This document shows, one piece after another, positions 18,201-26,000 of a stretch of 37,858 nucleotides of DNA. Positions within the stretch are counted from its first letter, which is position 1; each line of letters opens with the position of its first letter. Location: assembly GCA_036338695.1 (NCBI GenBank), contig JAYZBQ010000081.1:1-37858 (forward strand), written 5' to 3'. This DNA is from Myxococcota bacterium. Lineage in GTDB: Bacteria > Myxococcota > UBA4151. The position numbers were made by a program, and so were the translations under genes. The notes under the pieces are model-generated. The model made no database searches. It was not told the DNA's origin and was given only the letters and a program-made list of their open reading frames with translations.

Positions 18201-18810
18201 CGGCGATGAGGTCCCCACAGAGATGGGCGCCTATGAGAAGAAAATCGATAAGCTCAAGACCAAGCGTAAGCTCTGGCTTGGGCCACGCAACGAGCTGAAG
18301 AAGACCAAGGTCGAGACGCGTGTGATGATCTCGGATGCTGGTTTAGATCGCCTCGAAGGCAAGACGGCCGATGAGATCTGGTCGGCGCTCGCCAAGGCGC
18401 AGGTCGCCTTGAACGGCGACAAGCCCGCCCCCGACTGGGTGGACGCGAACAAGCGGGACGCGATGGCTGCGGGTGTCGCTGGCTTCGATCACCGCTCGCG
18501 CAGCGTCACCGAGAACCAGTTCGAGAAGCGCTCCTTTAGCAAGGCGCAAGATTTCGTGACGCGTATGAGCGCCGCCGGTCGGTTGCCCGAAGCGCAACGC
18601 AACGACGCCATCCGCCAAGCGCTGGCGGATCGCCCGAGGGATCCAGTGGCAATTGCGGCGTTGGTCGAGCTGCTGGGTCGTGATGTCATCGATATGCAGT
18701 TGAGCGTGGACTCGAACGCCGGGAAGAAGGGCACCGAGTATGACCTCGACTTCAGCGTGCGCGGCGACGAATACAGCGTCCAAAAGACGGTCTTCGGAGC
18801 CGACCTGTAG
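15229..18810 (+). CDS. Large hypothetical beta-strand-rich protein (1193 aa), no signal peptide
   Basis: GGAG RBS before ATG; uninterrupted 3.6 kb ORF with mostly G/C third positions; repeated short strand-turn pattern; no family recognised. Confidence 0.85.
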   Translation: MTRVKNGPPAQPPIKDERIVSRQGDGSTRDRAEYDNGRVRYDWDNYTDAQGDHRGRIGLGHDDGTNDIYGRVDYNEDTGHLKGTIKGERHVNEHLDVRGTYGRYGDGDQFGEVGATLKNKEGRLDVDLGANERTNRRFGKLKGRYKVGDNTTVRGAYNRSIKTTKRDGDVTTNTWNVGARHRLGTGHHVDGEVGRSKTLGRYARGEWLRKHTGGEVRDRLRVENSEKRGLNASYEGHQKFDKGYLKEDITYNEGRLQGSVRGRRETDGGHLKGSTNFDRRADGRWSGDVSGEVKEGANTFGGRLRKDLSGTKKARLSVGRELSETLDAKLTGNVDSKGRWDVTGDLDKRLGNEYRIRERFRIDSEGNRSYTHRLDKGFSEHKARVGAEFSHNSEGMRRFEVDGGITSEAGRRHTGSVMYLRDADGERSGRVSYDYNGRDGFRAGADVGFEGDERTIAADFRRNAETGRGYDAGGVNWSSERGLSASGSVSRQIDEDTSLSGTASRNMRSGDVSARGEVTTRLGDEKDIRMTLGAKASTKNDLRGLDLGVVKSATADKTGFTAKAGYEVDDRREALDLGGSLTSKKLFGLGESTTAGLGGGVQVTKRTKVGAERGEIGRLRAEALEGAGDQAAFVRYGMKSNAKVDLGVKVPVGVGYVDTGFKRGSSYEVEWTRLEDNPELGSKPSTSDLSIPGDGDALLAMKAGESFAVKGSTSHAVRGGAGLGTSVGASSVGDIGLRAGGKMTYALSGETRTEVTRGGDNSARMVVKAADFKTRGGGIEVFAGLNPNLPQIPNAGPVGDVATGLAQGMIKKWVSVGASKTSEKSTGDERLLDARIDLSHDEARTAYTAAMKGDWSELEALSEAGHPGVQIDKSIVSEIKEETDRLNVAGLGMSYDRTGGERLKSSDVVDKGRSFEVESDLDTNAVKKDGWFVDKDFQVHDFSRDISAKDGESLGRRKAEERWLGWSSAKTDSFSSKEEVQGQLALARFVAGDEVPTEMGAYEKKIDKLKTKRKLWLGPRNELKKTKVETRVMISDAGLDRLEGKTADEIWSALAKAQVALNGDKPAPDWVDANKRDAMAAGVAGFDHRSRSVTENQFEKRSFSKAQDFVTRMSAAGRLPEAQRNDAIRQALADRPRDPVAIAALVELLGRDVIDMQLSVDSNAGKKGTEYDLDFSVRGDEYSVQKTVFGADL

Positions 18811-18892
18811 GGAGCGGTTCAACTCGGAGTAATCGCTGAGCCCTTGCCATCAAGCGAAGGACTCGGTCAGAACCGCAGAGCGCGGAGGCGAC

Positions 18893-19894
18893 ATGCGGTT
18901 ATTGATCACGGGCGGTGCAGGCTTTATCGGCAGCAATTTTGTTCATCTGCTGCGCCGTGAGCGGCCAGGCTGGACCCTCTCCGTCTTGGATCTGCTGACC
19001 TACGCAGGGCACGCCGCCAATCTAGAGCCTCACCTAGGTGACGGCTCCGTGGCGCTCCATGTTGGTGACGTCGCCGAGCCCGAGGTGGTCGACCAAGCCA
19101 TGCGCGACGTCGATGCGGTCGTCCACTTCGCTGCGGAGTCTCACGTCGACCGCTCGATCCTTGGTTCGGCGGCTTTCGTGCGCACGAACGTCGTGGGGAC
19201 GCACACGCTGCTCGAGGCGGCGCGTCGCTTCGAGCGGCCGATGGTCGTGGTCTCGACGGACGAGGTCTACGGCGATTTGCGGCCTCACGATCCGGCCTTT
19301 ACGGAGTCCCACCCGATCCGTCCGTCCAGCCCCTACAGCGCATCCAAGGCGGGCGGTGACCATCTGGCGCTAGCGTTCGTGCGCACCTTTGGCGCCGACG
19401 TGCGCGTGACGCGGTGTTCGAACAACTACGGCCCTCGCCAGTTTCCGGAGAAGCTGATCCCGGTGATGATCGAGAAAATCCGGAGCGGTCAACCGTGCCC
19501 CGTCTATGGAGATGGTCAGCAGATCCGAGATTGGATCCATGTCGATGATCACAACCGAGGCGTGCTCGCCGTGTTGGAGTCGGGTCGGAAGGGCGAGGTC
19601 TACCACCTCGGGGGAGACCATGAGCTGACCAACCTTCAGGTCCTGCGGGAGCTCGGCGCCGTCATCGGTCGCGAGCCGCTGCTCGAGTTTGTGAGCGACC
19701 GCCCAGGACACGACCGCCGCTACGCCATGGACTGTTCGAAGATCCAAAGCGAGCTCGGGTGGTCAGCGCAGGTTCCTTGGCGTCAAGGCTTGGCGGAGAC
19801 GGTGGCGTGGTATGAAGCGCAGACGGACTGGCTCGAGAGCATCCGCAGCGGCGCTTACCAGGAGTACCTTCAAGCGAATTATGGTGCCCGCTGA
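18893..19894 (+). CDS. rfbB: dTDP-glucose 4,6-dehydratase
   Basis: TGGAGFIGSNF, DLLTYAG, HFAAESHVDRS, STDEVYG, YSASK, RCSNNYGP, DRPGHDRRYA. Confidence 0.96.
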   Translation: MRLLITGGAGFIGSNFVHLLRRERPGWTLSVLDLLTYAGHAANLEPHLGDGSVALHVGDVAEPEVVDQAMRDVDAVVHFAAESHVDRSILGSAAFVRTNVVGTHTLLEAARRFERPMVVVSTDEVYGDLRPHDPAFTESHPIRPSSPYSASKAGGDHLALAFVRTFGADVRVTRCSNNYGPRQFPEKLIPVMIEKIRSGQPCPVYGDGQQIRDWIHVDDHNRGVLAVLESGRKGEVYHLGGDHELTNLQVLRELGAVIGREPLLEFVSDRPGHDRRYAMDCSKIQSELGWSAQVPWRQGLAETVAWYEAQTDWLESIRSGAYQEYLQANYGAR

Positions 19895-20763
19895 TGCAGA
19901 CGGTGCTCCTGCTCGGTGGCTCGGGGCGGTTGGGCTCGGCTCTACGCGCGCGCTGGGACCATGTCGTGGCGCCGCCATCATCCGAATTGGACCTACGTGA
20001 CGACGACGCCATCGCTCGTCGAATCGATGAGCTCGAGCCGGCGCTGATCGTCAACTGCGCCGGACTCACCGACGTCGACGGCTGCGAGCGTGACCCTCAA
20101 GCCGCAGATGAGCTCAATGGCTACGCCCCCGGACGACTCGCTCGTCGTGCGGCACGAGCTGGGGTTCCGTGTGTCTATATCTCGACTGATTACGTCTTCT
20201 CTGGACACCCCGAACGGTCGCTCGCCGAGGAGGACGCGTTGGCGCCGGTGAACCGTTATGGTCAGAGCAAAGCCCGCGGCGAAGGTTTGGTCTTGGACAG
20301 CGGTGCGCAGGCGCTGGTTGCGCGCGTTCAGTGGCTCTTCGGAGGACCCAAACCGGACTTCGTTCGCTTCGTGCGCGCTCGCTTGCGGAGCGGTGAGGAG
20401 GTCCCTGTGATTGCCGATCAGATCGGCGTCCCGAGCTGTACCGACGATCTCGCCGATCAGCTCGAGATCGCCTGCCATGCTAGGCTGCGCGGCGTCCTTC
20501 ATCTTGGGTCCTCAGATGAGGTGAGCCGCCAGGAGCAGGCCGAGTTAATCGCTGCGCAGCTTGGTGTGGACGGCGCGTGGCGCCGTGTGACCTGGAGGGA
20601 GCTGGGCAGACCCGCCAAGCGTCCAAGTCGAAGTGTTCTGGACACGAGCCGCTTGCGGGATTTAGTGGCGTCATCAGGCCGCTCGGCGGACGACCACCTG
20701 AGGTCCTGGCGAGAAGCCCAGCGGCGTTACCTCGAGCTGATCGATGAAGAGGAGAAGACATGA
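19894..20763 (+). CDS. rfbD: dTDP-4-dehydrorhamnose reductase
   Basis: GGSGRLG, NCAGLTDVDGCE, YISTDYVF, YGQSK, DQIGVP; TGATG coupling to rfbB. Confidence 0.9.
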   Translation: MQTVLLLGGSGRLGSALRARWDHVVAPPSSELDLRDDDAIARRIDELEPALIVNCAGLTDVDGCERDPQAADELNGYAPGRLARRAARAGVPCVYISTDYVFSGHPERSLAEEDALAPVNRYGQSKARGEGLVLDSGAQALVARVQWLFGGPKPDFVRFVRARLRSGEEVPVIADQIGVPSCTDDLADQLEIACHARLRGVLHLGSSDEVSRQEQAELIAAQLGVDGAWRRVTWRELGRPAKRPSRSVLDTSRLRDLVASSGRSADDHLRSWREAQRRYLELIDEEEKT

Positions 20764-21116
20764 CGGCACTGAAGCGAGTTGAGAAACCGTGGGGTTGGGA
20801 GCTCTGGTGGGCTCACACCGAGCGCTATGTCGGCAAAACCTTGTTTATTAAAGCAGGCGAGCAGCTCTCGCTTCAGTATCACGAGCAAAAGGACGAGACC
20901 ATTTTTGTCCAAGAGGGCGAGATGCTGTTCATCGTCGATACGCTCGATGGGCAGGGGATGCGCGAGTTGACCATGCGAGCTGGCGATGCGTTTCATGTGA
21001 CCCCTGGGACGATCCACCGAATGCGCGCCGTGACCGACGTGCTCGTGCTTGAGGCGAGTACGCCCGAGGTGGAGGACGTCGTTCGTCTCGAAGACAGCTA
21101 CGGGCGCGCTCCGTGA
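20760..21116 (+). CDS. Cupin-domain protein (resembles the type II mannose-6-phosphate isomerase C-terminal domain)
   Basis: VEKPWG, LSLQYHEQKDET, PGTIHR, DVVRLEDSYGR. Confidence 0.85.
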   Translation: MTALKRVEKPWGWELWWAHTERYVGKTLFIKAGEQLSLQYHEQKDETIFVQEGEMLFIVDTLDGQGMRELTMRAGDAFHVTPGTIHRMRAVTDVLVLEASTPEVEDVVRLEDSYGRAP

Positions 21117-21664
21117 GCTTATGGGTCTGCGCAGCGCTGCTCATGGGCGCAGCGAGTGAGCTCTCAGAGGCGCTTGAACAGGCGACCTTCGGCGCGCGCA
21201 TGCCGGGGGAGACGGTTTCGCTTGCGGGGCTGACACGCTTCGACGGGACGCGCTTTGAACCGAGGAGCCTGCCGAGCAAGGTGCGCGTCTTCGCCTTTAT
21301 CGAACCGCTCGATCGCCCTGCTGGGCTTAAGCGACTCGCTTGGTGGAAGGCCAACGCTCGCTCGCTCTCTGAGCGCGCAGACGTGATCGTGGTACCGAGC
21401 GCATCGCCCCGCTCGAACGCACAGCTCGAGCCGCTGATCGCTGTGGACGATGGGGACTGCTTGCTTGCGGCTCGCTTCGGAGCGATTCGGCTCTATTCCG
21501 GAAAACTCGGGGCGCTGCCGCTCGCTTTTGTGGTGGATGACTCGAACATTGTTCGTGCGATCGTGGACGTCGAGGCGCCCGCTGATCAGCTCGTGAAAAT
21601 TGATCGCGCCGTCGGGCGTTTGCGGCAGCAACTCAGCGAGCAGAACATCTCGTTTGGATATTGA
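21113..21664 (+). CDS. Exported thioredoxin/peroxiredoxin-like fold protein lacking CxxC
   Basis: Signal-like N-terminus; LAARFG...LPLAFVVDDSNIVRAI resembles the AhpC/TlpA C-terminal strands; GTGA coupling to the upstream gene. Confidence 0.55.
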   Translation: MSLWVCAALLMGAASELSEALEQATFGARMPGETVSLAGLTRFDGTRFEPRSLPSKVRVFAFIEPLDRPAGLKRLAWWKANARSLSERADVIVVPSASPRSNAQLEPLIAVDDGDCLLAARFGAIRLYSGKLGALPLAFVVDDSNIVRAIVDVEAPADQLVKIDRAVGRLRQQLSEQNISFGY

Positions 21665-21671
21665 GTGACTC

Positions 21672-23402
21672 ATGACCACGCTAAAGAACACGCTCCGTGA
21701 CATCGTCAACCAAGCGCTGAGCGCTGCCGTCGAGGCCGGCGACCTGGTGAGCGCTCAGGCGCCCGATGGGATGGTCGTCGAGCGCCCAAAGGATGAAGCC
21801 CACGGTCACTTAGCGTGCAACGTGGCGATGGTGCTCGCCCGATCCGAGCGCAAGGCGCCGCGGCAGATCGCGGAGCGGATCGTCGCTCATATCGATACGG
21901 ACCACGCGCTGCTCGAGGGCGTTGAGATCGCCGGTCCCGGGTTCATGAATTTCCGGTTTCATCCGGCGGCATGGCACCAGATCCTCCCTATCGTGGACCA
22001 AGCGGGCGAGCGCTATGGCTGGAGCCAGTCGAACGGCAAAAGCGTCTGCGTCGAGTTCGTGTCTGCCAACCCGACGGGTCCCCTGCACATCGGGCATGCA
22101 CGCGGCGCCTACACTGGGGATGCGGTCGCACGGTTGCTCGAAGCCCAAGGCTGGGACGTCACACGCGAATATTACGTCAACGACGCCGGGCGACAGGTCG
22201 ATACGTTGGCGCGCTCGACACTGATTCGCTATCAGCAGCGTCTCGGCGTCGAGGTGAGCCTGCCCGAGGATCATTACCCTGGCGGCTACGTGAAGGTGAT
22301 CGCCGAGAAGGCGCATGAGCGCTTCGGTGACCAGTATGTAGACCAGGATCCTCACGAGGCGGGCGAATGGCTGGAGCAGTTCCGCTCGCTGGCGGTCGCC
22401 GAGAACCTCGCCTGGATCAAGGCAGACCTGGCACAGATGAACGTGCACTTTGACGTGTGGCAGAGCGAGCGCAGCTTAGTCGCAGGTGGCGCCGTAGAGC
22501 GGGCGCTGGCGGCGCTGAAAGCAGGCGGCGAGAGCTTGTACGAAGAGGAAGGTAAGCTCTGGTTCCGCAGCACCGTTTACGGAGATGACAAGGACCGCGT
22601 GGTGCTTCGTGACACTGGTGAGGGGACCTATTTCGCCAGTGATATCGCCTACCACAAGCAGAAGATGGACCGGGGTTTTGACCGTTTGATCGATATCTGG
22701 GGAGCTGACCATGGCGGCTACGTCAAGCGTGTCGAGGCGGCGCTGGAAGCGCTCGGTCTACCCAGTGAGCGGTTTGAGGCGTTGCTGGTGCAGATGGTCA
22801 ACCTGGTCAAAGAGGGCGCAGCGTTTCGCATCGGTAAGCGCACCGGCAACATGATCCTGCTCAGCGAGCTGACGCAGACGGTCGGCGCTGACGTCAGCCG
22901 CTACCTCTTCTTGAATCGCCGCAGTGACGCACAGTATGATTTTGATATCGGTCTCGCCACCCAGCAGAGTCTTGAGAATCCGGTCTATTACGTTCAATAC
23001 GGCCACGCACGCTTGTGTGCGATTCTTCGGCGCGGCGCAGAGCATGGGCTGAGCGCGTGCGCGCCGAATGATGCCGCAGTTGAGCGGCTGACGCTTCGGG
23101 ATGAGCTGGATCTCCTCCAGCGCATTGCGCAGTGGCCGGAGGTGCTCGCCGCGGCGGCTGATGCACTCGAGCCCCATCGGGTCGCCAATTACCTTGGTGA
23201 CCTCGTCGCAGCGTTTCATGGGTACTATACGCGCAATCGGCAGACCGCTCGGGTCGTCGACCCGGACGCCCCTGAGACGACCGCTGCTCGGCTTTTGTTA
23301 TGCCAGGCTCTCGCACAGACGCTGCGCGCCGGGCTCTGCGTTCTAGGGGTTTCGGCGCCTGAGCGTATGGACGCGCTGCCGAGTGAGGAGTCGACCGAGT
23401 GA
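21672..23402 (+). CDS. argS: Arginine--tRNA ligase
   Basis: EIAGPGF, EFVSANPTGPLHIGHARG, REYYVNDAGRQ, GADHGGY, NPVYYVQYGHAR, LGVSAPERM. Confidence 0.97.
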   Translation: MTTLKNTLRDIVNQALSAAVEAGDLVSAQAPDGMVVERPKDEAHGHLACNVAMVLARSERKAPRQIAERIVAHIDTDHALLEGVEIAGPGFMNFRFHPAAWHQILPIVDQAGERYGWSQSNGKSVCVEFVSANPTGPLHIGHARGAYTGDAVARLLEAQGWDVTREYYVNDAGRQVDTLARSTLIRYQQRLGVEVSLPEDHYPGGYVKVIAEKAHERFGDQYVDQDPHEAGEWLEQFRSLAVAENLAWIKADLAQMNVHFDVWQSERSLVAGGAVERALAALKAGGESLYEEEGKLWFRSTVYGDDKDRVVLRDTGEGTYFASDIAYHKQKMDRGFDRLIDIWGADHGGYVKRVEAALEALGLPSERFEALLVQMVNLVKEGAAFRIGKRTGNMILLSELTQTVGADVSRYLFLNRRSDAQYDFDIGLATQQSLENPVYYVQYGHARLCAILRRGAEHGLSACAPNDAAVERLTLRDELDLLQRIAQWPEVLAAAADALEPHRVANYLGDLVAAFHGYYTRNRQTARVVDPDAPETTAARLLLCQALAQTLRAGLCVLGVSAPERMDALPSEESTE

Positions 23403-24112
23403 ACCCCATTGCGGTCGGGCTCATCATCGGAGGGGTGATCGGTTTTGGGATCGGTCTCACGCTCGCTCCGGACGTTGCGCTCTCCTCGATGACCGAGGAG
23501 CAGCAGGAGCTGCTTTGCCTTGAAGAGCGCAGTCAGCTCATGGGTGAGGTGCGCCAAGCGCTCGAGAAGATGCAGGCGGCGAATTGTCAGCCCGCAACGC
23601 CAGATGATCAGCCGGTTCCGGCGCTCGAGGCGGCACCGGGCGCTCCGCCGATTCAGCCCCCAGCGGAGGCGGCGCCTGGAGCGACCGTCGACGCCGGCGC
23701 GCCGGCCGCTGCGTCGCTTGTCGACGGGGACGCACAGCGTGCGCAAGACGCCGGCTCAGCGCCGCAGGCACCCGCTGAGTCGGCGCCGAAGAGCGCCAAA
23801 GCGAGCGCCGCGCCGAGCGAAGCTCGCCCGGCTGCGCCTGCTCCAAAGCCGGGCGCTGTGGCGTCCCGTGCTGAGGGCTGGATGGTTCAGCTGGTCGCAA
23901 GCCCTGATCCGGCAGAAGCCGGTAAGGTCGAGCGCAGGGCGCGCGCGCTCGGGCTCAACACCCGCGTGGTGCTCGAGGAGGTGCCAGACCAGAGCCGCAG
24001 CCTCTACAAGGTGCGGGTCGGACCGTTCGCCGATAAGGCGGGGGGCGTCGAGGCGCTGCGGCGGGTCAAGCGAGAGCTGAAGATTACCGGATGGCTGCAC
24101 CGCGCGGATTAG
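23399..24112 (+). CDS. SPOR-domain (FtsN-like) bitopic membrane protein
   Basis: N-terminal TM, Ala/Pro-rich linker, WMVQLVAS...YKVRVGPF SPOR motifs; argS-SPOR adjacency is common in proteobacteria. Confidence 0.88.
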   Translation: MNPIAVGLIIGGVIGFGIGLTLAPDVALSSMTEEQQELLCLEERSQLMGEVRQALEKMQAANCQPATPDDQPVPALEAAPGAPPIQPPAEAAPGATVDAGAPAAASLVDGDAQRAQDAGSAPQAPAESAPKSAKASAAPSEARPAAPAPKPGAVASRAEGWMVQLVASPDPAEAGKVERRARALGLNTRVVLEEVPDQSRSLYKVRVGPFADKAGGVEALRRVKRELKITGWLHRAD

Positions 24113-25977
24113 GCGGGCAGCCAGCGCTCCAGAATCCGCTGAAGGTCTGCCTTGCGAAAAGGCTTTGCGAGGTAATCGTCCATCCCCGCTTCGATGCAGC
24201 GCTCCCGCGCGCCGGCGGTGGCATGCGCTGTCAGCGCTACGATCGGTAAGCGGGTCATAGCGTCCTCGCCACGGCGTATGGACTTGGTCACCTCATAACC
24301 GCTCATCCCCGGCATCTCGCAATCCATGATGACCAGATCCGCAGCGTGGTCTGCTAGCCAGCTCAGGGCTGCTTGACCGTCGGCGGCGACGCTGACGTTG
24401 CAGCCGAGTTGCTCGAGGTTCCAGCGCGCAACCTTCTGGTTGATCGGGTTGTCTTCGACGAGGAGCACGCTGGCGTTCGAGCGGTGGTTTTGAACCAAAC
24501 TCGCCGTGGTTTGGATGAGCGAGGGCTCACTGGCCATCACCAGCGGCAGCTCGACTCGCAGCTCTGCGCCGTGAGGGCGGCGATGATACGCGCTGATCTG
24601 ACCGCCCATGTGCTCGGCCAGCATCTGGCAGATCGACAGCCCCAACCCCAGGCCCCCTTGATCCGCTCCCTCTTGATGATACTTCTCAAAAATGGACTGC
24701 GCATTGTCGGGCAGCCCCACGCCTGTGTCGGTGACGGAGAACACCAAACGCTCCGAGCGCTCCTCAACGCTGAGGCGAACCCATCCGGTCTGTGTGAACT
24801 TGAGGGCGTTGTTGATGAGATTGCTCAGGATCTGCGTGACGCGTTTAGGGTCCAGTTGGACCCAGCGCGGGACCTGCCTGGGTTCCCAATCAAACTGAAG
24901 CGCAACGGACGGTTTGTGGTTGCTGCGCTGCGCCGCTTTGGCCACGCGGTCGAGCAGCTGGTGCAGGTTGGTGGGGATCGGCTCGATCCGCATCATCCCC
25001 ACCTCGATGCGCGTGAGGTCGAAGAGGTCATCGAGCAGGACGCTTAGGTTCTGTGCGCTGCTCGTGAGGACCTCGTGGTACTGGATTTGGTCGCTGTTGA
25101 GGTCCGTGCTGCCGAGCATCTGAATGGAGCCAACCATCCCGTTCATCGGTGTTCGGAGTTCATGGCTTACGGCTGCCAGGAAATCGCTTTTTGCTTCGCT
25201 CGCTCGCTCAGCCTCTCGGCGCGCATGCTCGAGCTGGCCGAGCGTTGCGCGGTGTTCTTCGGCTTCGTCAGCCAGCGCGTTGCGCGCCTGCTCGAGCTCA
25301 GCGACTTTTTGGGTGAGGTCATAGTTGAGCAGGTATCCGGTACGCGACTCACTCTCGAGCAGCCAGTTGGCGGTGGACCCCATCATTGCGGTCACGACGA
25401 TCTCGGTGAGGTCCTGCACCAACACGGTCGTTGAGACCTCGTGGTGAAGCAGCGCCAACAGGAAGCCGACGATCGCGAGCGCGCTCAGGATCAGAGTGTG
25501 CTTGAGGTGAATGCGCAACAGCGCCAGATAGCCGAAGACCGCAAGAAGGCTGCCCTTTTTGATCACGGCGAAGGTCTCGTCGCTGCTCAACCCGATGGCG
25601 AGTAGGGTTGCGATGACGCACAGGACACCCAGCGCAAACATCGCCGAGCGATAATAGCGCACGAAGCGTTGTTGGCTCGTCTTGAGCCAGAACGCGAGCC
25701 CGAGCGCCGGGACGACCCAGGCGACGTGAGAGATTATCGGGATATCGAGCGCGTTCGAGAACGCGCTCTCAATGGCAAAGATAACGCCGACTGAGATGCC
25801 GCCGAGCATGATCCAAAAGACCACGGACAGCCCGCGTTCTGCTTGGTAACGCTGGAAGGCAGCCTCAACCTGAGGGTCTTCGAACTTTTGAAAGAGTTGA
25901 AAGGGCAAAGATCGAGCGCTCGCGGTCGTTGACCTGCCCACTCTAGCCCGGTGGTCGTTGGTCGGACAATATGGCAT
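24109..25977 (-). CDS. Membrane-bound hybrid sensor histidine kinase / receiver
   Basis: About 6 N-terminal TM helices; SHELRTPMNG (H), NLINNALKFT (N), DTGVG, GLGLGL; REC VEDN, IMDCEMP, AKPF. Start uncertain (25977, 25941 or 25908). Confidence 0.9.
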   Translation of the reverse strand: MPYCPTNDHRARVGRSTTASARSLPFQLFQKFEDPQVEAAFQRYQAERGLSVVFWIMLGGISVGVIFAIESAFSNALDIPIISHVAWVVPALGLAFWLKTSQQRFVRYYRSAMFALGVLCVIATLLAIGLSSDETFAVIKKGSLLAVFGYLALLRIHLKHTLILSALAIVGFLLALLHHEVSTTVLVQDLTEIVVTAMMGSTANWLLESESRTGYLLNYDLTQKVAELEQARNALADEAEEHRATLGQLEHARREAERASEAKSDFLAAVSHELRTPMNGMVGSIQMLGSTDLNSDQIQYHEVLTSSAQNLSVLLDDLFDLTRIEVGMMRIEPIPTNLHQLLDRVAKAAQRSNHKPSVALQFDWEPRQVPRWVQLDPKRVTQILSNLINNALKFTQTGWVRLSVEERSERLVFSVTDTGVGLPDNAQSIFEKYHQEGADQGGLGLGLSICQMLAEHMGGQISAYHRRPHGAELRVELPLVMASEPSLIQTTASLVQNHRSNASVLLVEDNPINQKVARWNLEQLGCNVSVAADGQAALSWLADHAADLVIMDCEMPGMSGYEVTKSIRRGEDAMTRLPIVALTAHATAGARERCIEAGMDDYLAKPFRKADLQRILERWLPA

Positions 25978-26000
25978 GATCCGACCCAGGAGTATGGTTG

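Noticed and set aside
15229..18810. Calling the 1193-aa protein an Rhs/YD-repeat toxin, autotransporter or TonB-dependent receptor
   Set aside because: No YD-repeat consensus or DPxG cleavage motif, no signal peptide, no plug domain and no terminal aromatic beta-signal.
22822..22850. ArgS has FRIGKRTGN in place of a KMSKR-type motif
   Set aside because: The KMSKS motif is commonly degenerate in arginyl-tRNA synthetases, and all other motifs are intact.
25972..25990. TGGCAT as a sigma54 -24 box upstream of the CglD-like genes
   Set aside because: No TTGC/GC -12 element at the required spacing.
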